A stretch of 64,000 bases of DNA from Microthyrium microscopicum (GCA_010405405.1 MU004230.1:2514627-2578626); one strand, 5' to 3'. Counted from the stretch's first letter, positions 22,942-36,337 are shown. The notes: generated from the sequence alone by a model not told the origin. Program-made: numbers and translations.

Positions 22942-23170
22942 GTCTGCTGATGAATAGCGTTGCATTGTCTAAACGATGTCACACTCCAAGCTGTTAATAG
23001 CTGTATTATAGTTCCGCATACGGTTAGTAGACATGTCTTGGAGTAATGTATATACAGGTGTATGTTAATAGTGTTTTTATGATTAAATACTTCAATGAGA
23101 CAAGATACAATACAAACGCTTCCAATAATTAATGGCCATGTATCATGTAACGCCGAAACAGACAACGTTA

Positions 23171-24497
23171 TCATTCTGCCGCAGTGACCCCTTCCTCTTC
23201 CATTTGCGCAACAAATTTCTCCCAAGTCTCTACTGTCTTGCCAAAGAAGTCGATATGCGCATCAGCCAAGTCCCCAAGCGTGTCTTGCAGCTCGATAGAC
23301 TTGATCCGCTCAAACTCCTGAACCTCTCGCACCGTCCGGTCGTCGAACATCTCACTGGCAACTTTGGCGTTTTCCACCTCCCTCGTCAGCCGTTCAATCT
23401 CCATCTCCAATTTCCTAATCCGATCCCGTCTAGCCTTCTCATGATCCACCCCCCTAACATCCTCAATCTTACTCCTCAGTAAACCACTAACACCTAGCCC
23501 ACTGCTTCCCTGATGACTCGCCAGCGTATCCCGATCAGCCGCTGCCTTCGCCAAATAGTCCGAGAGCCCTTCAAAGTCCAGCTGTTTCTGCTCCCTCGCC
23601 TTCAACAAAGCCTTGAGACTCGCAATATACGCCTCCATATCCTTCAAACTCGTCAAATAATCCCGATCCGTATGATTTCTCAACTCCATCCACGCCTCAC
23701 TACTCTCCCTCACACTAACCGCAAAGCCAGTAAGTGGTTGCGCTACACCCGGCTCAAGGACCTGCAATTTCTGGAATTGTCCCGCAACCTCATCATAGTC
23801 AGCACCCAAATCCGCCTGCCGTCTCGCAACCCTCGCGACGCTCTTCTCCACGGATCCCAAATCCTCGCCTAGTTTATCGGCCTTCTCGCGTACTTCGATG
23901 AATCGTTTATCGGGTTTATGAACCTTGGCAAACGCATTCAGGAAGGAGTCTGTCCATGTCTCTAGCGCTCCACTGCCGCCTCCACCGCCATCGCTACCAC
24001 TTCGCGGACTACTTCCGCTCGGCATGCGGCTCTTCATTGTGGAGTGCCATTCTGGGCTCTCTAGAAACTGCAGTAACACCGCCGCCCGCCGTAACTCCGG
24101 ATGAAGGGCTATACGACGCAAAAAGCGGTGTAGGGAGCGCGCACGTCGTTCGGTAAAATCAGAAGTGAAGCGCGCGCCGCCCCGCAGATAGGCGGTGTTA
24201 TGTTTTTCGGGGAGGGGAGGGACGGCAACGGCGGGGTATTCGCGGGATAGGGTGGTGGAGAGGAACAGAAAGTCTGTGAAGCGGCGACGGACAGTGGTGG
24301 AGGGCTTTTGGAAGGTTTTGAAATTTGTCTAGAGGGGTACGGTTAGTAGGCGAACGATGCGATGGTTGGTGGAATTGGGGACGGACTTTGGTGGTTACGA
24401 GGTAGGAGACGTGGGTGTTCTGGGTGCCTTCGCTTTCTTTTTGAGGGCTTGAAACTGTGCAGTCTAGGAGACCGTCGTCGAAGTCTTGATGGGCCAT
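23171..24497 (-). CDS. SNX4: Sorting nexin-4 (PX-BAR)
   Basis: HVSYLVTT, intron 24386-24329, VRRRFTDF, PPLPEK, RIALHPEL (PX domain); BAR region with REQKQLDFEGLSDYL. Confidence 0.92.
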
Positions 24498-24998
24498 GTT
24501 CAGAAATTTGTTGGGTTGAGGATAGGCTAAGGCCAAAGTGGTGATGCAGAGTTGGTGTTGAAACAGCTTGAAGATGCACGATACGATGTGTCCGTGCTTT
24601 CTTAGCTCGCTCCCACTACGTCAGGCAACCGTTTGATGTGTTGTTTGTTGCGCTGCTATCCGCGTTCATTATTTACAGATCTAGAGAGAACGGGCAATGG
24701 TCTTTTGGTCTTATTATGGTTTGATATCCAGATTCTTTTGCCAGAAGATGGCTTCATTGTGGACTGGGTATAGCTCTTCCCTTCACCACAGGTCAAGACG
24801 GCAACAAATAGGTAGAAGTAAAATAAGTTATGTACAAATCGATACAAGAATCGCTATAACTAGAATGCTCGTACTCAAAAGGGCTGCGCGCAGTGTTCCC
24901 GCCGAATATTCCAAGCTCACGCCGTATTGAGGCTGGCCTACTCCATCCCAAACTCCAGAGAAAGCAAAAGTACAAATGATAAGTTTTACACAAGAGGC

Positions 24999-25863
24999 TC
25001 AAGTTCGGCAAAAGCGCTTCTCAAACTCGGCAAAGAGCTTGGGGCTGATCTCATCGCTGCTGTTGCCGTTGACAGTCCACAGCAAACCCTTGCGATCATA
25101 ATGCTCCAACAGCGGCTGACTCGCTTTTTCAAACTCGACAATACGTTGCTTCCAGACCTCTGGATCATCATCCGCTCGTCGCGTGAGTTGTTCACCAGTA
25201 ATATCATCCCGTCCATCTACCTTTGGTGCGTTGAATGTAGTATTGTAAACGCGGCCAGATGGAGCGTGGACCCATCGATTACATATCCGTGCGATAATGA
25301 TATCTGCAGGTGTCTGGATGTTGACCACAAAGTTTAGGGGGATCAGTTTCTCTACCTGAGCAGCCTGGGCAGCATTCCGCGGGAACCCGTCCAGTATGAA
25401 CGACGCAGTTGGGCTATCTGAATATGTGTACTCTTGCGGCAGACTGACCTGATCCATGGAGAACGGATTAGTCGAGACTGCATAATCCATTGGATCGGAG
25501 ATGGAGGTTGCTTGAACTGTGTAGGGAACTCTTGGTCCCGAATTGACCCAGCCGCGCTTGCTTAGTTCGTTGAGGATTAAGCGCAGCATCATGTTATCGG
25601 GGACCATTTTACCGGCTTTCATTTTGGACTCGGCCATAATTCCTGCTTAGCAATTAGCAATGGCAATCGTGGAAAGTAAGATATGACGTACCGAGCGGAG
25701 TACGGCTTGTGACATTTTGGCGTAATAGATCACCAGAGCTAATTGTGGCAAGTTGAGGATAACGCTGTATCAAACGGGTTGACTGGGTTCCTTTGCCAAC
25801 ACCCGGACTTCCGAATACCAATAGTCGAGCAGGTCTCGATAACTGAAAGGTGGCAGCGGCCAT
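24999..25863 (-). CDS. ADK2: Mitochondrial GTP:AMP phosphotransferase (adenylate kinase family)
   Basis: [11 protein letters not shown]-loop, SSGDLLR, intron 25691-25643, [20 protein letters not shown] lid. Confidence 0.92.
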
Positions 25864-26604
25864 GTGAAAGATAATAGGAAGATATTTGAACGAGATAGAG
25901 AGAGGGAAACCCGAAGGTCTCGTGGCAGAGGCCTAGTATCAAAGCATTGCGATAACAGTGATAGAAAAGTAGTGTTTGAGGGTGTTTTGAGGGGAAAGCG
26001 ATGTCGGACAATAGGTGACTGAAGATACGGCGAAAGGGAGAGTAGAGTGTAGAGGATTGGGAGCGACGATGGGCAATTGAGGGTTTAAGCAGGCAAGAAT
26101 GAAGTCGCAAAAGCGTAGGCAAGCAGCCTTATCCAAGCTGGAAAGGGAAATCCGGGGACAAGGAAGAGAGAAGATCAGATCTTACTCCGCAGTTTGGACG
26201 TTGGCGAAAGAAGTTGGAACCAACGGGGCCGGGGGGCAGCAGGTGCCTAAAACACGCGATTGAATTCGGAGAAACTCGGGACCCCCCATCGTAATGTCCG
26301 TCTCCCCTCGTGTTCTTATAAAGTAGCAACAACAGAAGTACCCTTGGCAGTAGGTCCCGATCATTCAACCATCTATCCTCTTTTTCCAAAGTTTAATTAC
26401 TACGACTTCTAGGGAAATGTCTCGTGGATGGTGAAATTTGTTGTTTTTCATCTTCTCTCATCGCAATTGGTGTGCGTCATAACGGTTTCTAACTAGCTAC
26501 ACGGATCAAGTCTCCCCTTGATGTCTCTTGAGATATAACACGTCCTTTGGTCAAATCATTCGAAGAAAAGGTTGCCATTAACGCCATAGATAAAAATCTA
26601 CCGT

Positions 26605-27358
26605 TCACGTATCCTTATATTTCAAGTACTGAGTTTGTACAAACTTCGCCGAGTCAGTGATATAGGTCCCCACGAAAGTATACATCGTATGATCAAGAGT
26701 CGAGTCTCCCCCAGGACTACAAGTCTAACATCAAGTCAGTATCAATCTATTCAAAAAGAGCTGTCCACTTACCAGATCTTTCCCATTGCAATTGAACTTA
26801 ACCCGACCATCAAGTTCCGCTGGCCAAGCGGGAATCGGTCCAACAGGACTATCATAAACTTTATCCTTCGTAGCCTGTTGACCCCCATCGCCAAACGTCA
26901 CCGTAGCAATAATTCGGTCAAAAATGGGATAGTTTGCTTTGTCATCAGTCATCTCTTTTGCTGCACGATGTTGTACAACTGCACCTTGCGAGTATCCGAC
27001 GAGAACATATCTAACTACCCGTTAGCTACGATGGCCATCAAGCACCATATCAGATATATTACTTTTGCTTTGGGCAAGCTTTTGGCTGCGTGCGGAAGTA
27101 TCGTTTGATATCAGCGACTCCTAACTTTGGACTCTCTTCTCCCCACGCTGCTGGATAATCGACACTGTATCCGGTGACCTCGGGGATGAGCTTTTTCGTT
27201 TCCGTGAATATGGCTGATGCGGCTAGGAAGCCGTATGGTTTTGATTCCATGGTACCGCGCGCAATTACCATTTCCAATGGCGAGCATGGCCGTGCTGTAG
27301 AATTCGCTTGTGCAGCTGCTCCTGCAGTTATCATTCCAATGACAACGAAGGAGTACAT
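26605..27358 (-). CDS. Secreted cutinase-family (CE5) esterase
   Basis: Signal peptide, ARGT, VDYPA; introns 27062-27011 and 26772-26725. Triad motifs GYSQG, CNGKDLTC, LDHTMY. Confidence 0.88.
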
Positions 27359-29060
27359 GTTGACTTGTCACTGTAGGTAGTTGTGAATATAAAAATCACG
27401 AGAAGTGTCTGATGGGAACATATAGCATATATATTTTTTACCTAGGTACAGATTGTTGGAGATCTGCCAATCTGGTGCCAGGTACCTTCGCATATAACCG
27501 GTAACATATTGATTAGAGTAGGGTTTGACATCACGTCCTTACTGAACATTTGGAGACTATAAAGTCATAGCTTCCTCCTTTCTACACATCAATAAGAGCC
27601 TTGTAATGTTCTTCGATGGATAGTAGAGTCGTCGATTGTCAGTGAGTCACCATGAATCTAAGTTGGTAACACTTCAAGAGCGTCACTGAAAACATCGACG
27701 TTTGAATCCGGTGGCAATATATGTCCTGCAGCGTCTGAAGCTCGAAGGTAGTCATCAAACAACGACGAGCGAAGCGCAGAGGTGAGCTCGGCTGGCGTGA
27801 AAGGCTCATCAGGCAGATTTTGTCATAGAGGATGGGCAAAGCCTTTTTGGCTTGGATATTTGGGTCTGCTCCATGTTCCAGCAGGAAGCGTAACTTTCCA
27901 AAGGGATCTGAACAGCGGCCATAGTATTCCGAGAGTACTGCATAATGTAAAGGTGTCCGCCCTGCCTCATCCTGCCTGTTGATTCCGTTTTCACAGCCGT
28001 TGATGAATAGAACCTCAAGTGTCTTAACTTCAAAACTCTTTTCGCGCAGCAGGTTTGTTCGATCACTCTACCACCTACCACCTACCACCTACCAGAAGGC
28101 CATGTTGTTCCTGGATTGCGAAGGGAGGAGCCTTCATGATGATCAAACTGTCCGGCTAGTGCAATGCCTGATAAGATCAGGTTAGTTTGATACTTTGCTT
28201 GTAGAACCCAGAAAAGAATATCAGGCTGTGGTATATATAGTAGTACGTAGGTACAGTGGCCACTCGTGCTCTAACTCTTGATATAGCGGATGTCGTTTTT
28301 ATACCGGCATTGACGAGGGCGTACGGTGTAGGATCAAGTCTTACATGAAAATTGGCGACCTGCCGTCCTATTCGAGAGAATTCATCAGCCCTCTAAGCTT
28401 TCCAGTGACAGTAACACGCCCTCAATTCAGCATCGCTCCATGGTAAATTATGGGGAGTCGAAGGTCCGATGAGACCTATGAAGCCTGACATTTTCATTCT
28501 GATTTCGAACTAGTCAACAAAACAATAGGTACCACGTCAAAGTTCAAGCACTACATGAAGTGAATAAATTCCAAAATCCTTAGTGGTGCCACGATGCACA
28601 AATATTGAGGCTCTGCTTGAGACATATGGTGACGTCGGTTGAAGGAGGCGAAGACCACTTTTGATGAGCAATAGAGTAGGACCTGACAACAACGACACAT
28701 GAACAACTCCTACTTTACTGTTCGCAAGAAATATAAAAGATCAGTGTTCGAGATAAAGTTGATTATGGGGATGCAGGTTCTCGGAGGATAAAGGTGCAAG
28801 GCGTGATCTGTGTACTTTGTAAGTATTTTTGGTCCCGGAGCTTGCTGGAATCGTGACGTGTTGGTTCCAAAACCTGATGACAAAGAACGATCTAGACTCT
28901 TTGAGGCTGCTCATTGGTTCCATGGAGCCCCGTTTTGTCGATGCCTGAATTAAATTCAACTTGCATCTTCATCTTTCCATCAACATCTCCCTTTTGAGCC
29001 TTACATCCAACATCACCCATGCCTGTCTCCGTATAGAACTACCAGCAACCTTACTGTTTC

Positions 29061-30638
29061 ATGTCTCTCAACCGCGTCGCCTATAGGGCCGCTCCTCTCC
29101 TTATTCGCCATGGCCTGCGAGGCTCCCGCCGACTGCCGTCAACGGTTCCAGCAATTGCCATTCTCATTCCTCGCAGACTCATAAGTTCCGACCCATCAAC
29201 GTCCAACGGCACATCGCATACGACTCCTCCTCCAGGTTTTAACATTGAGCAAGCAAAGCGACCGCTGCCCAAAGACCAGGATACAGCTGCCAAGGGTTCC
29301 GCTACGGACCCGGCTACCAAGCGTGCCGAAGCATCTGCTATTCCACGCGATGTCGCTACTGCCCTACCAAAGACTGATGCGGCTGAAGGATTATCGTTGA
29401 GCGAGCTGGCGGCGGCCAAGTCAGGGCAAAAGAGCGACGGGAAAGATGTCGCCAAAAAAGATGATGATAAGAAGCTTACACTTTGGCAAAAGGTTAAAAA
29501 GGAGGCGTCTCATTATTGGGATGGCACGAAACTTTTGGGCGCGGAGGTCAGAATCAGCTCGCGGTTGGCGCTCAAGATGGCTGCTGGATATGAGTTGACT
29601 CGGAGAGAACATCGTCAGGTAAGGCTTTCGCAATGCGAAGCTCTTGCAATTGCTAATTGAGAGCAGCTACAACGAACAGTGCAAGATCTCGGTCGATTAG
29701 TGCCATTCTCCGTATTCGTCATCGTTCCATTTGCCGAACTTCTCCTTCCAGTTGCACTTCGGTTGTTTCCCAACATGCTTCCAAGCACGTATGAAAGCGT
29801 CAAAGTCCGAGACTCTAAAGCCACAAAACTACGAACTTCCAGAAAGGAAGTAAGCAAATTTCTCCGATCCACACTCCAGGAAACTGGTCTGCCCATAACA
29901 CTAGCAACCAGCCAAAAAGAAGAATTCACAATTTTCTTCCGCAAAGTCCGTACCACCGGCGAAGCGCCCACTCAAGCAGATGTCATCAAAGTCTGCAAAC
30001 TTTTCAAGGATGATCTCACCCTAGACAACTTGTCCCGACCACAGCTAGTCGCCATTTCCCGATACATGAATCTCAACTCCGTCGGTCCAGATACATTCCT
30101 CCGATACCAAATTCGCCATCGTATGCGACAAATCAAGCGCGATGACAAAGCTATCGCATACGAAGGCGTCGATTCGCTCTCCATCCCAGAGCTCCAAACC
30201 GCAGCAGCAAGCCGCGGTCTACGCACCTTCGGCGTCTCTCCTGGCCGTTTGAGAGATGATCTCCAAATGTGGCTCGATCTCCGCCTAAAGTATGGCGTTC
30301 CATCCACCCTCCTAGTGCTCAGCAACGCATTCATGTATGCCGCTGGCAAAGAAGGCAAAGAGTCGGAATTCAACAGCCAAGTCGACGCGCTACAAGCCGT
30401 CCTATCCAGCATCCCAGAAGAGCTCTTCCACGAAATCGAACTGGAAGTACACACCGCTGAAGGCGCAGCGACCAACAAGCAGCGTCTCGAGGTCCTCAAG
30501 GAGCAGCAAGAGCTCATTGATGAGGAGAACGAGCAAAGTCAAAGCACTGAAAAGGAGGGACGGTCTACTCCCAAGGACGACGCGGATATTGACGAGAAGG
30601 AGGAGAAGCCTGCCATGTCGGCGAAAAAGGCTGAGTGA
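29061..30638 (+). CDS. MDM38: LETM1-family mitochondrial inner-membrane protein
   Basis: HYWDGTKLL, LTRREHRQL (intron 29619-29666), RLVPFSVFVIVPFAELLLPV, FPNMLPSTY, LDNLSRPQL. Confidence 0.93.
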
Positions 30639-31005
30639 GAGTACCTCCAAAACTCTACTTTCTTTTGTGTTTTAGTAAAATCCACGCAACGACGTTGGAT
30701 GTAGCCGTCTACGTGCGGTTTTCTTGGGTGGGTGGGGATGAAATGGTAAATCCCATTTGGAGTCATTGTATAGAAGAGCAGGCACCCGAGGAGTTACCGG
30801 ACGACACAAGAAGATCAGGAAAAGTCCATCAAAGTGTCGAATTGTACCAACAAAAACCCCATCTAGAATCCAACGATGTAAGCATCACACCCAATAGATA
30901 GAGAGCCAAAACCTAGTGGCCCACCAAAAATATTAATCATGATCATGAACCTTCATTTCTCCCCTATGCATACGAAGTCTACCCATCATCCATTCATACC
31001 ACTAT

Positions 31006-33429
31006 TTACTTCTTACCCCTCCGTAACCGTCTCTCCTTCTCATACTGCTTAGCCTCATGTCCCTCCTCGCCCTGTATCTCCGCCACCAACTTTCGATACT
31101 TGTCATCATACGCGCGATCCTTATCCCTCTTCTCCTTGAGCTTCGTGCGTGCCAAGAAGTTTGCATCTTTCCTCAGTTCTCGCATAGCGCCCTTACGCTC
31201 TTTCTTGAACTCGCGCTTCAACTTCTGCGTCTCTGCGCGCGCAGCATCGTGATCGTAGTGTTTGGTTGGATCGAATGATTCTTCGAACTTCGGCGCTGCG
31301 GACTTGATTGCTAGGGGCCGATGGTTGTGGAGGGCTAGGGGTCGACGTCCCAACGCGGCTTGGGCGAGGAGCACGTTTATGCGCTGCAGCGCTTTTGGCT
31401 GGTTGAGGGTGGCTAGGGGCTTCAGGAAGGGGGTGAGGAGTTCGGGAAGAGCGGATTTGTGCTGCCAAAGTGTGGCGAAGGAGAGTAGGTTGACTATGTG
31501 TGGGGCCAGGAGAGCAGTTGATGTGGACTTTACGAGGGCGGCGAGCGTGAAGCGGGCTAGTTCGGGGATGTAGCGTTTGGAAAGCGCTTGATATTTGAGA
31601 CACAGAGCGCCGAGGTAGGCGCCTGTTGTAAGTGTTTGGGGCGTTGATGGAGTAGTAAGACCTAGCCAGCGGGCCATGAGGATTATGGCGGGTGTGACGA
31701 TTTGGTGGAAGTGGTCGGAGGTTGGGTAGATGGTGCCAATTGCTGTGAGTATGACCAGGTCGCCGGGAGTCATGCTTTTGGTAGCATGCATTTGGCGGAG
31801 CTGTTGGCGGAAGGCGGTAGAGATTGATTCGGCGGACTTGCGGGCCATGGAGTGGATGTGTCGAATGACGACGTCAAAGATCTCTGAGCTTGGTGGTTCG
31901 GATTTTGATGGAAGGTTGGCTAGGAATTCTACTAGAGCTGCTGCAAAATCGTCTAGTCGGGCCTTATGGGTAGGATGGATTGATGGATCAGATCGTAATC
32001 TTATAGATCGCATAGTTTCGTGGTAGTCTTCGTAAGGAATGTGATCAAAGACGGCCATTACCTCCTCGAGAGTTCTGGGACAGGACATTGGGCCTTTGAA
32101 ACCATTGGACAATCCTTCTCGGTGTTCTTCCATCAACTCATCGACGGAACCCACTGAGCTTGCATCGTCACTAGCCACTGACGCTTCATCTTCCTCGGGT
32201 TCTGATTCACTAGCAATGAGATCGTCTTCCAGTATAAAGTCGTCTTCATCATCAATCCCCTCTGGTCGAGAATGCCGCACTTTAGATTTGAATCCAAAAT
32301 CTGCCGCATCGTCGTGTTCCTCTTGAGTGAATATATTTTCTGGTTCATCCACGGGAGCTTCATCTTCACTTTCTTCATCCTCGCCCATCATTCGCTTTTG
32401 CCGACTGTCTTCTAGTTCCTTTGCTTTTGCTGCTGCTTCCGCCTGAATCTCTTCCTCGGATCTGATTCTGTCGGTTGGCTTTGCTCTTCCGTCCTGAAGC
32501 ATTGCGCGTAGCTGCTGGTCGTATGACTTTGGGGCCTCTTTGGATTGACTACCCTCGATAAGCGCCATGCGGTCCGGATGCATTGCAGGAGGCTCTGGTT
32601 CAGCGACAGCTTCCACTACCGGCTTTGGCTTACTCAGAGCCTGCTGGAAAGCTCCGAGCGCAGCGCGAACATCCGAAAGGTCCTTGTCAAGCTCCATCCG
32701 CATATCATCGTCATCCTCCTTCGCTCTTTGTCGCTCAAACTTGTACAACTTGGATTTCTTGACAACCTCATCCATAACCTCCGCCCTGCTCTTTTTTCGA
32801 TCTGGCTCTTCCTCATCAAGTCTCGTCTCCAGGTCCTCAAGTTCTTCCCTCACTCGCTTCCGCGTTTGCTGCATATCCTCATCGTCTGAACCGCCATCGA
32901 CACTCGCGGCATCATAGTCCTCGTCCAGCGTTCGTCCACCATGAGTAAGCAAGTCCTCATCATCATCACCATCCTCAAGATCAAAAACATTTCCCTTCTT
33001 CTTCTTCCGCTGTCTTTCCCACGAATATCTCTGCAGCGCCTTTTCTTCCGCCGTCATATTCGGATCATCTTCACCAATTCGGCGATCTATGATGCCGCCA
33101 ACTTTATTTCGTCCCTGCACTTCCAGTAATAGTGTCTTCTGTCTCTTCTGTTCGCCTAGACTCTTGGAGATTCCTGGCCGCCCCAGAGCTCCATTCGCAG
33201 TTTTGCCATTTAGTGTACTTGGCGTTGTGATATCGTGCTTCGAGGGACGCGAAAGGTGCTTTACTTCAAAAGGATTGAAGGATTCGCGAATTGACTCGAG
33301 TGCGACATTGCGGCGGATTTTGGTTTCGGTGCTGAGACCTTTCTTTTTCTGCTTTTTGGATTTTTGTGGACCGGTGATGCCTTGCTCTCTGAGGGAAGCC
33401 TTTAGGCGCTTTAGTTGGGAGGGCGGCAT
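31006..33429 (-). CDS. NOP14: Nucleolar protein 14 (SSU processome)
   Basis: MPPSQLKRLK start, FNPFE, LTHGG, KSRAEVMDEVVKKSK, SDHFHQIVTPA, PKFEESF, ERKGAMRELRKD. Confidence 0.93.
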   Translation of the reverse strand: MPPSQLKRLKASLREQGITGPQKSKKQKKKGLSTETKIRRNVALESIRESFNPFEVKHLSRPSKHDITTPSTLNGKTANGALGRPGISKSLGEQKRQKTLLLEVQGRNKVGGIIDRRIGEDDPNMTAEEKALQRYSWERQRKKKKGNVFDLEDGDDDEDLLTHGGRTLDEDYDAASVDGGSDDEDMQQTRKRVREELEDLETRLDEEEPDRKKSRAEVMDEVVKKSKLYKFERQRAKEDDDDMRMELDKDLSDVRAALGAFQQALSKPKPVVEAVAEPEPPAMHPDRMALIEGSQSKEAPKSYDQQLRAMLQDGRAKPTDRIRSEEEIQAEAAAKAKELEDSRQKRMMGEDEESEDEAPVDEPENIFTQEEHDDAADFGFKSKVRHSRPEGIDDEDDFILEDDLIASESEPEEDEASVASDDASSVGSVDELMEEHREGLSNGFKGPMSCPRTLEEVMAVFDHIPYEDYHETMRSIRLRSDPSIHPTHKARLDDFAAALVEFLANLPSKSEPPSSEIFDVVIRHIHSMARKSAESISTAFRQQLRQMHATKSMTPGDLVILTAIGTIYPTSDHFHQIVTPAIILMARWLGLTTPSTPQTLTTGAYLGALCLKYQALSKRYIPELARFTLAALVKSTSTALLAPHIVNLLSFATLWQHKSALPELLTPFLKPLATLNQPKALQRINVLLAQAALGRRPLALHNHRPLAIKSAAPKFEESFDPTKHYDHDAARAETQKLKREFKKERKGAMRELRKDANFLARTKLKEKRDKDRAYDDKYRKLVAEIQGEEGHEAKQYEKERRLRRGKK

Positions 33430-34027
33430 GGCTTATTGTGGGGAGGATTGCTGGTGGATGGAAGAAATGGGGAACGAAATTTTGGTTGATGTTGGATCTT
33501 CACGAAAAAAAGTGCAGGGGTTTGATTGGCTGGGGGTCTTCAGCCTTGCCACTTCAGCCTTGCGACATAAACAAAAGTCAAGGTAGATGGCCACAAAAAT
33601 TGCGCGTGTTTGAGAGAAAAGGGTCTAGTTTTTGAGACTTAGTTTTTGATCTTGTGAAATTCAAGAGTGGTGGTTAATGTGATGGAACATGCCACGACTG
33701 TGGCAGCTATTTACCATGGCCAACCATTCTGGAACCAACTGAACCTGACTTCAATCTCAGAAATCCAATTGGCTAACCATTTTACAAAATGAAGTCGCAG
33801 CACTGCCTCTGTTGGTGGTTCATATCAGCCAATGCCAACTCCCGAATAACCTCCACGTCTATAAGTTCTTGAGCTGAATAGGTTGACTACTGAGACATTC
33901 AGTCATGCCCTATGCGCTCCCTGTAGATCAGAGAGCTTTTATAATCAGTATAAGAGCTCTTGGTATATCTATAATATAATGCTTTTTGAAGCATGGTCTC
34001 TCTCTGGCTTCATACCACCATTTTTGA

Positions 34028-34921
34028 ATGTGCTCCGCATTTAGTTTCTCTAGTATGACTTCTCTCAGATGGGTGCATTTTCCTTCTTACAGGACAATGC
34101 ACGTTTCCATTCTGGTAGTTCTAGTGTTCATGTCAACCACCTTACTCACCCTTCGAGCTCAAGTCCAAAGAGCTATCGGTCAAATTCCTGGAATTGAAGT
34201 TCATCTTGTCAATGGCGCCCAAGAAACTCAATTCATGCTCGCGGCGAAACCAGAAAGTCTGTATCCCGACATGTTACAGACGGGCACTATGGTATCAACA
34301 ATGATCATGGGCATGGTCGCTCTAACCTTCACCGTACTCGCCTGGCCTGGAAAGAAAGAGGTAAGAGTCTTTTCAAACAGCGCATCGCACTCGATTGACC
34401 TTACGTTCCAGGTATATCGATTACCACCATGCAGAACATATCCAGTAGTCATGATCTTCAACTACCTCGTAACGATGGCCACGATAACCTACGTCTTCAT
34501 CGCCCATCAAAAGTCCACTCGCTTCAATCCAACCATCCTCGCCACCATACTCAGTAAAGACAACCCAGGTGCCACAGTCACCTATCCTGGCTTATTCGAC
34601 CTAGAGACCTGGAGCTGTAGTATCCAAGCCCTTGGGTCAGACGAGTTCGGCACGCCATGCAAAGTTGAAAGAGCGCAACGATGGCTGTTCATTCCACTCG
34701 CCATCATGAACTTCATGTGCGCCTGTTCAGGCGTATGGGCACACTCTAGAGATCGAGAGATATATAAGGTGCAACAAACAAAAAGGCACGAGGAGAAGAG
34801 AATGCTGTCAATGGCCAGTGGACAGAGCGCGGAATCGGATACAGTTCAGTCACCAGAACCCACACTGTGCGCGAGCAGAAATACGCTTTGTCGGTTCTCC
34901 CTGAAGAAGGAGATGAATTGA
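34028..34921 (+). CDS. Hypothetical multi-pass membrane protein (~4 TM)
   Basis: Four hydrophobic segments and a FDLETWSC...C loop. Probable in-frame 51-nt intron 34361-34411. Start codon uncertain. Confidence 0.7.
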   Translation: MCSAFSFSSMTSLRWVHFPSYRTMHVSILVVLVFMSTTLLTLRAQVQRAIGQIPGIEVHLVNGAQETQFMLAAKPESLYPDMLQTGTMVSTMIMGMVALTFTVLAWPGKKEVRVFSNSASHSIDLTFQVYRLPPCRTYPVVMIFNYLVTMATITYVFIAHQKSTRFNPTILATILSKDNPGATVTYPGLFDLETWSCSIQALGSDEFGTPCKVERAQRWLFIPLAIMNFMCACSGVWAHSRDREIYKVQQTKRHEEKRMLSMASGQSAESDTVQSPEPTLCASRNTLCRFSLKKEMN

Positions 34922-35533
34922 AGGCCAAGAACCTTAGATTGCAAGTAGGCGGAAGAATGGGATATCCGGGTCCGTTGAGCTTGGAATGAAAGGGCAGACG
35001 CGACATGTGGAGGCGCAGGAGTTGGTGAGAGAGGCATAATGACGTCGACAAGGATTAAAAGTCGCTTCACGATAAATGAAAGCGGCCACCATAAACGGTA
35101 TATAAATGGTTCTAAATAATGCAAATACAACAAAGTATTTATTTTACTTGCTTTCATACATTTTGTACCTGATTATACACAAGTTATATCGAAAGACCTG
35201 TTTAAACCGATTTAGCGCCTTGTCCCAGATCTCGGTCAGGGTCCAACAACAACCCCTCCCAGACAAGTCGCAATAAGCCACCAACATCTGTCCTTCATAC
35301 ATCAGCCTACTGTATCCAACTCTCCCCAAGTACTCAGTCCTCTACTTGTTGTGATTTTTTGAATTAACCGCAGTCAGTATCTCATTTCAATAGATCAACG
35401 TGTCAGAACTAACCCCCAACATAGCTTCTCAGCCAGCATAATCAAGTCATACACTGCGAGCCCAAACACATCAGCATCCCATCCCAAGCCTTATACCGCC
35501 CAACCAGTCCTCTTCTCTTCCAAATCGTCTCTC

Positions 35534-36001
35534 ATGGCATCATCAGCATCCGCAACAAGCGGACCAGAGCCCGCAGTCTCACCCCCCGACCCAAAATCAC
35601 CGTCCTCAATCCAGTCTCCAGCACCGACAATCGTACCTACTCACTTCCCCCACAAGCCCACCGGCAACGCGCCCGTTCACCCATTCCTCGACACAGCAAC
35701 ACCAGCCATAAATAGTGTTCCCATCGAGCTCGACAGTACACCGCTCAACTCGCCCATCACCCAGCAAGGCGGCACATGGAAGAACAAGCTGCCCAATCTC
35801 GCCTCATTGGCAGCAAAGCCAGCGCAAATCCCCGGTCAGATTGCTGAGAAAGTGAAGGAGGTCTCGAAGCATACTCAGGATGATCCAGCTGTCATGCCGG
35901 CACCGCCTGGCACGCCGGGTCCAGAGGATTTTCGAGCATCGGATTTGATGGCCAAGGGAACGAAGGAGGTGCCGAAAGAAGGTGCAGAGACGACGGTATA
36001 G
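35534..36001 (+). CDS. Hypothetical Pro/Ser-rich protein (155 aa)
   Basis: Intronless ORF with coding-like composition, preceded by a C/T-rich leader. Confidence 0.65.
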   Translation: MASSASATSGPEPAVSPPDPKSPSSIQSPAPTIVPTHFPHKPTGNAPVHPFLDTATPAINSVPIELDSTPLNSPITQQGGTWKNKLPNLASLAAKPAQIPGQIAEKVKEVSKHTQDDPAVMPAPPGTPGPEDFRASDLMAKGTKEVPKEGAETTV

Positions 36002-36337
36002 CCATGCGGAGATGGTGTTAATGCATATATGCTGTTATTCACGGATGTTTGACGATTTAGGATGATTCTATTCTCATTATACCATTGCTTATTCACTTAT
36101 TCAATTCCTCGCTATGGAAACCGCCAACTCTCTTGCTAATATCCTCCTCTCATTACATGTAGCTTACTTTCCGTCAAAAGAGCTGGCTATTCGTTGCCCA
36201 AAGTCCCTCATCCGCTTCGTAACAATCATAATCATCATTCCAGTTCCCTTCTTCACAGTTTTCCTCTTCAGACACTTTCTCTTCGCAGACTTGCCTTTGA
36301 CAGACTTCCTCCTCACAGTGTCCCTCTTCATGATTAC

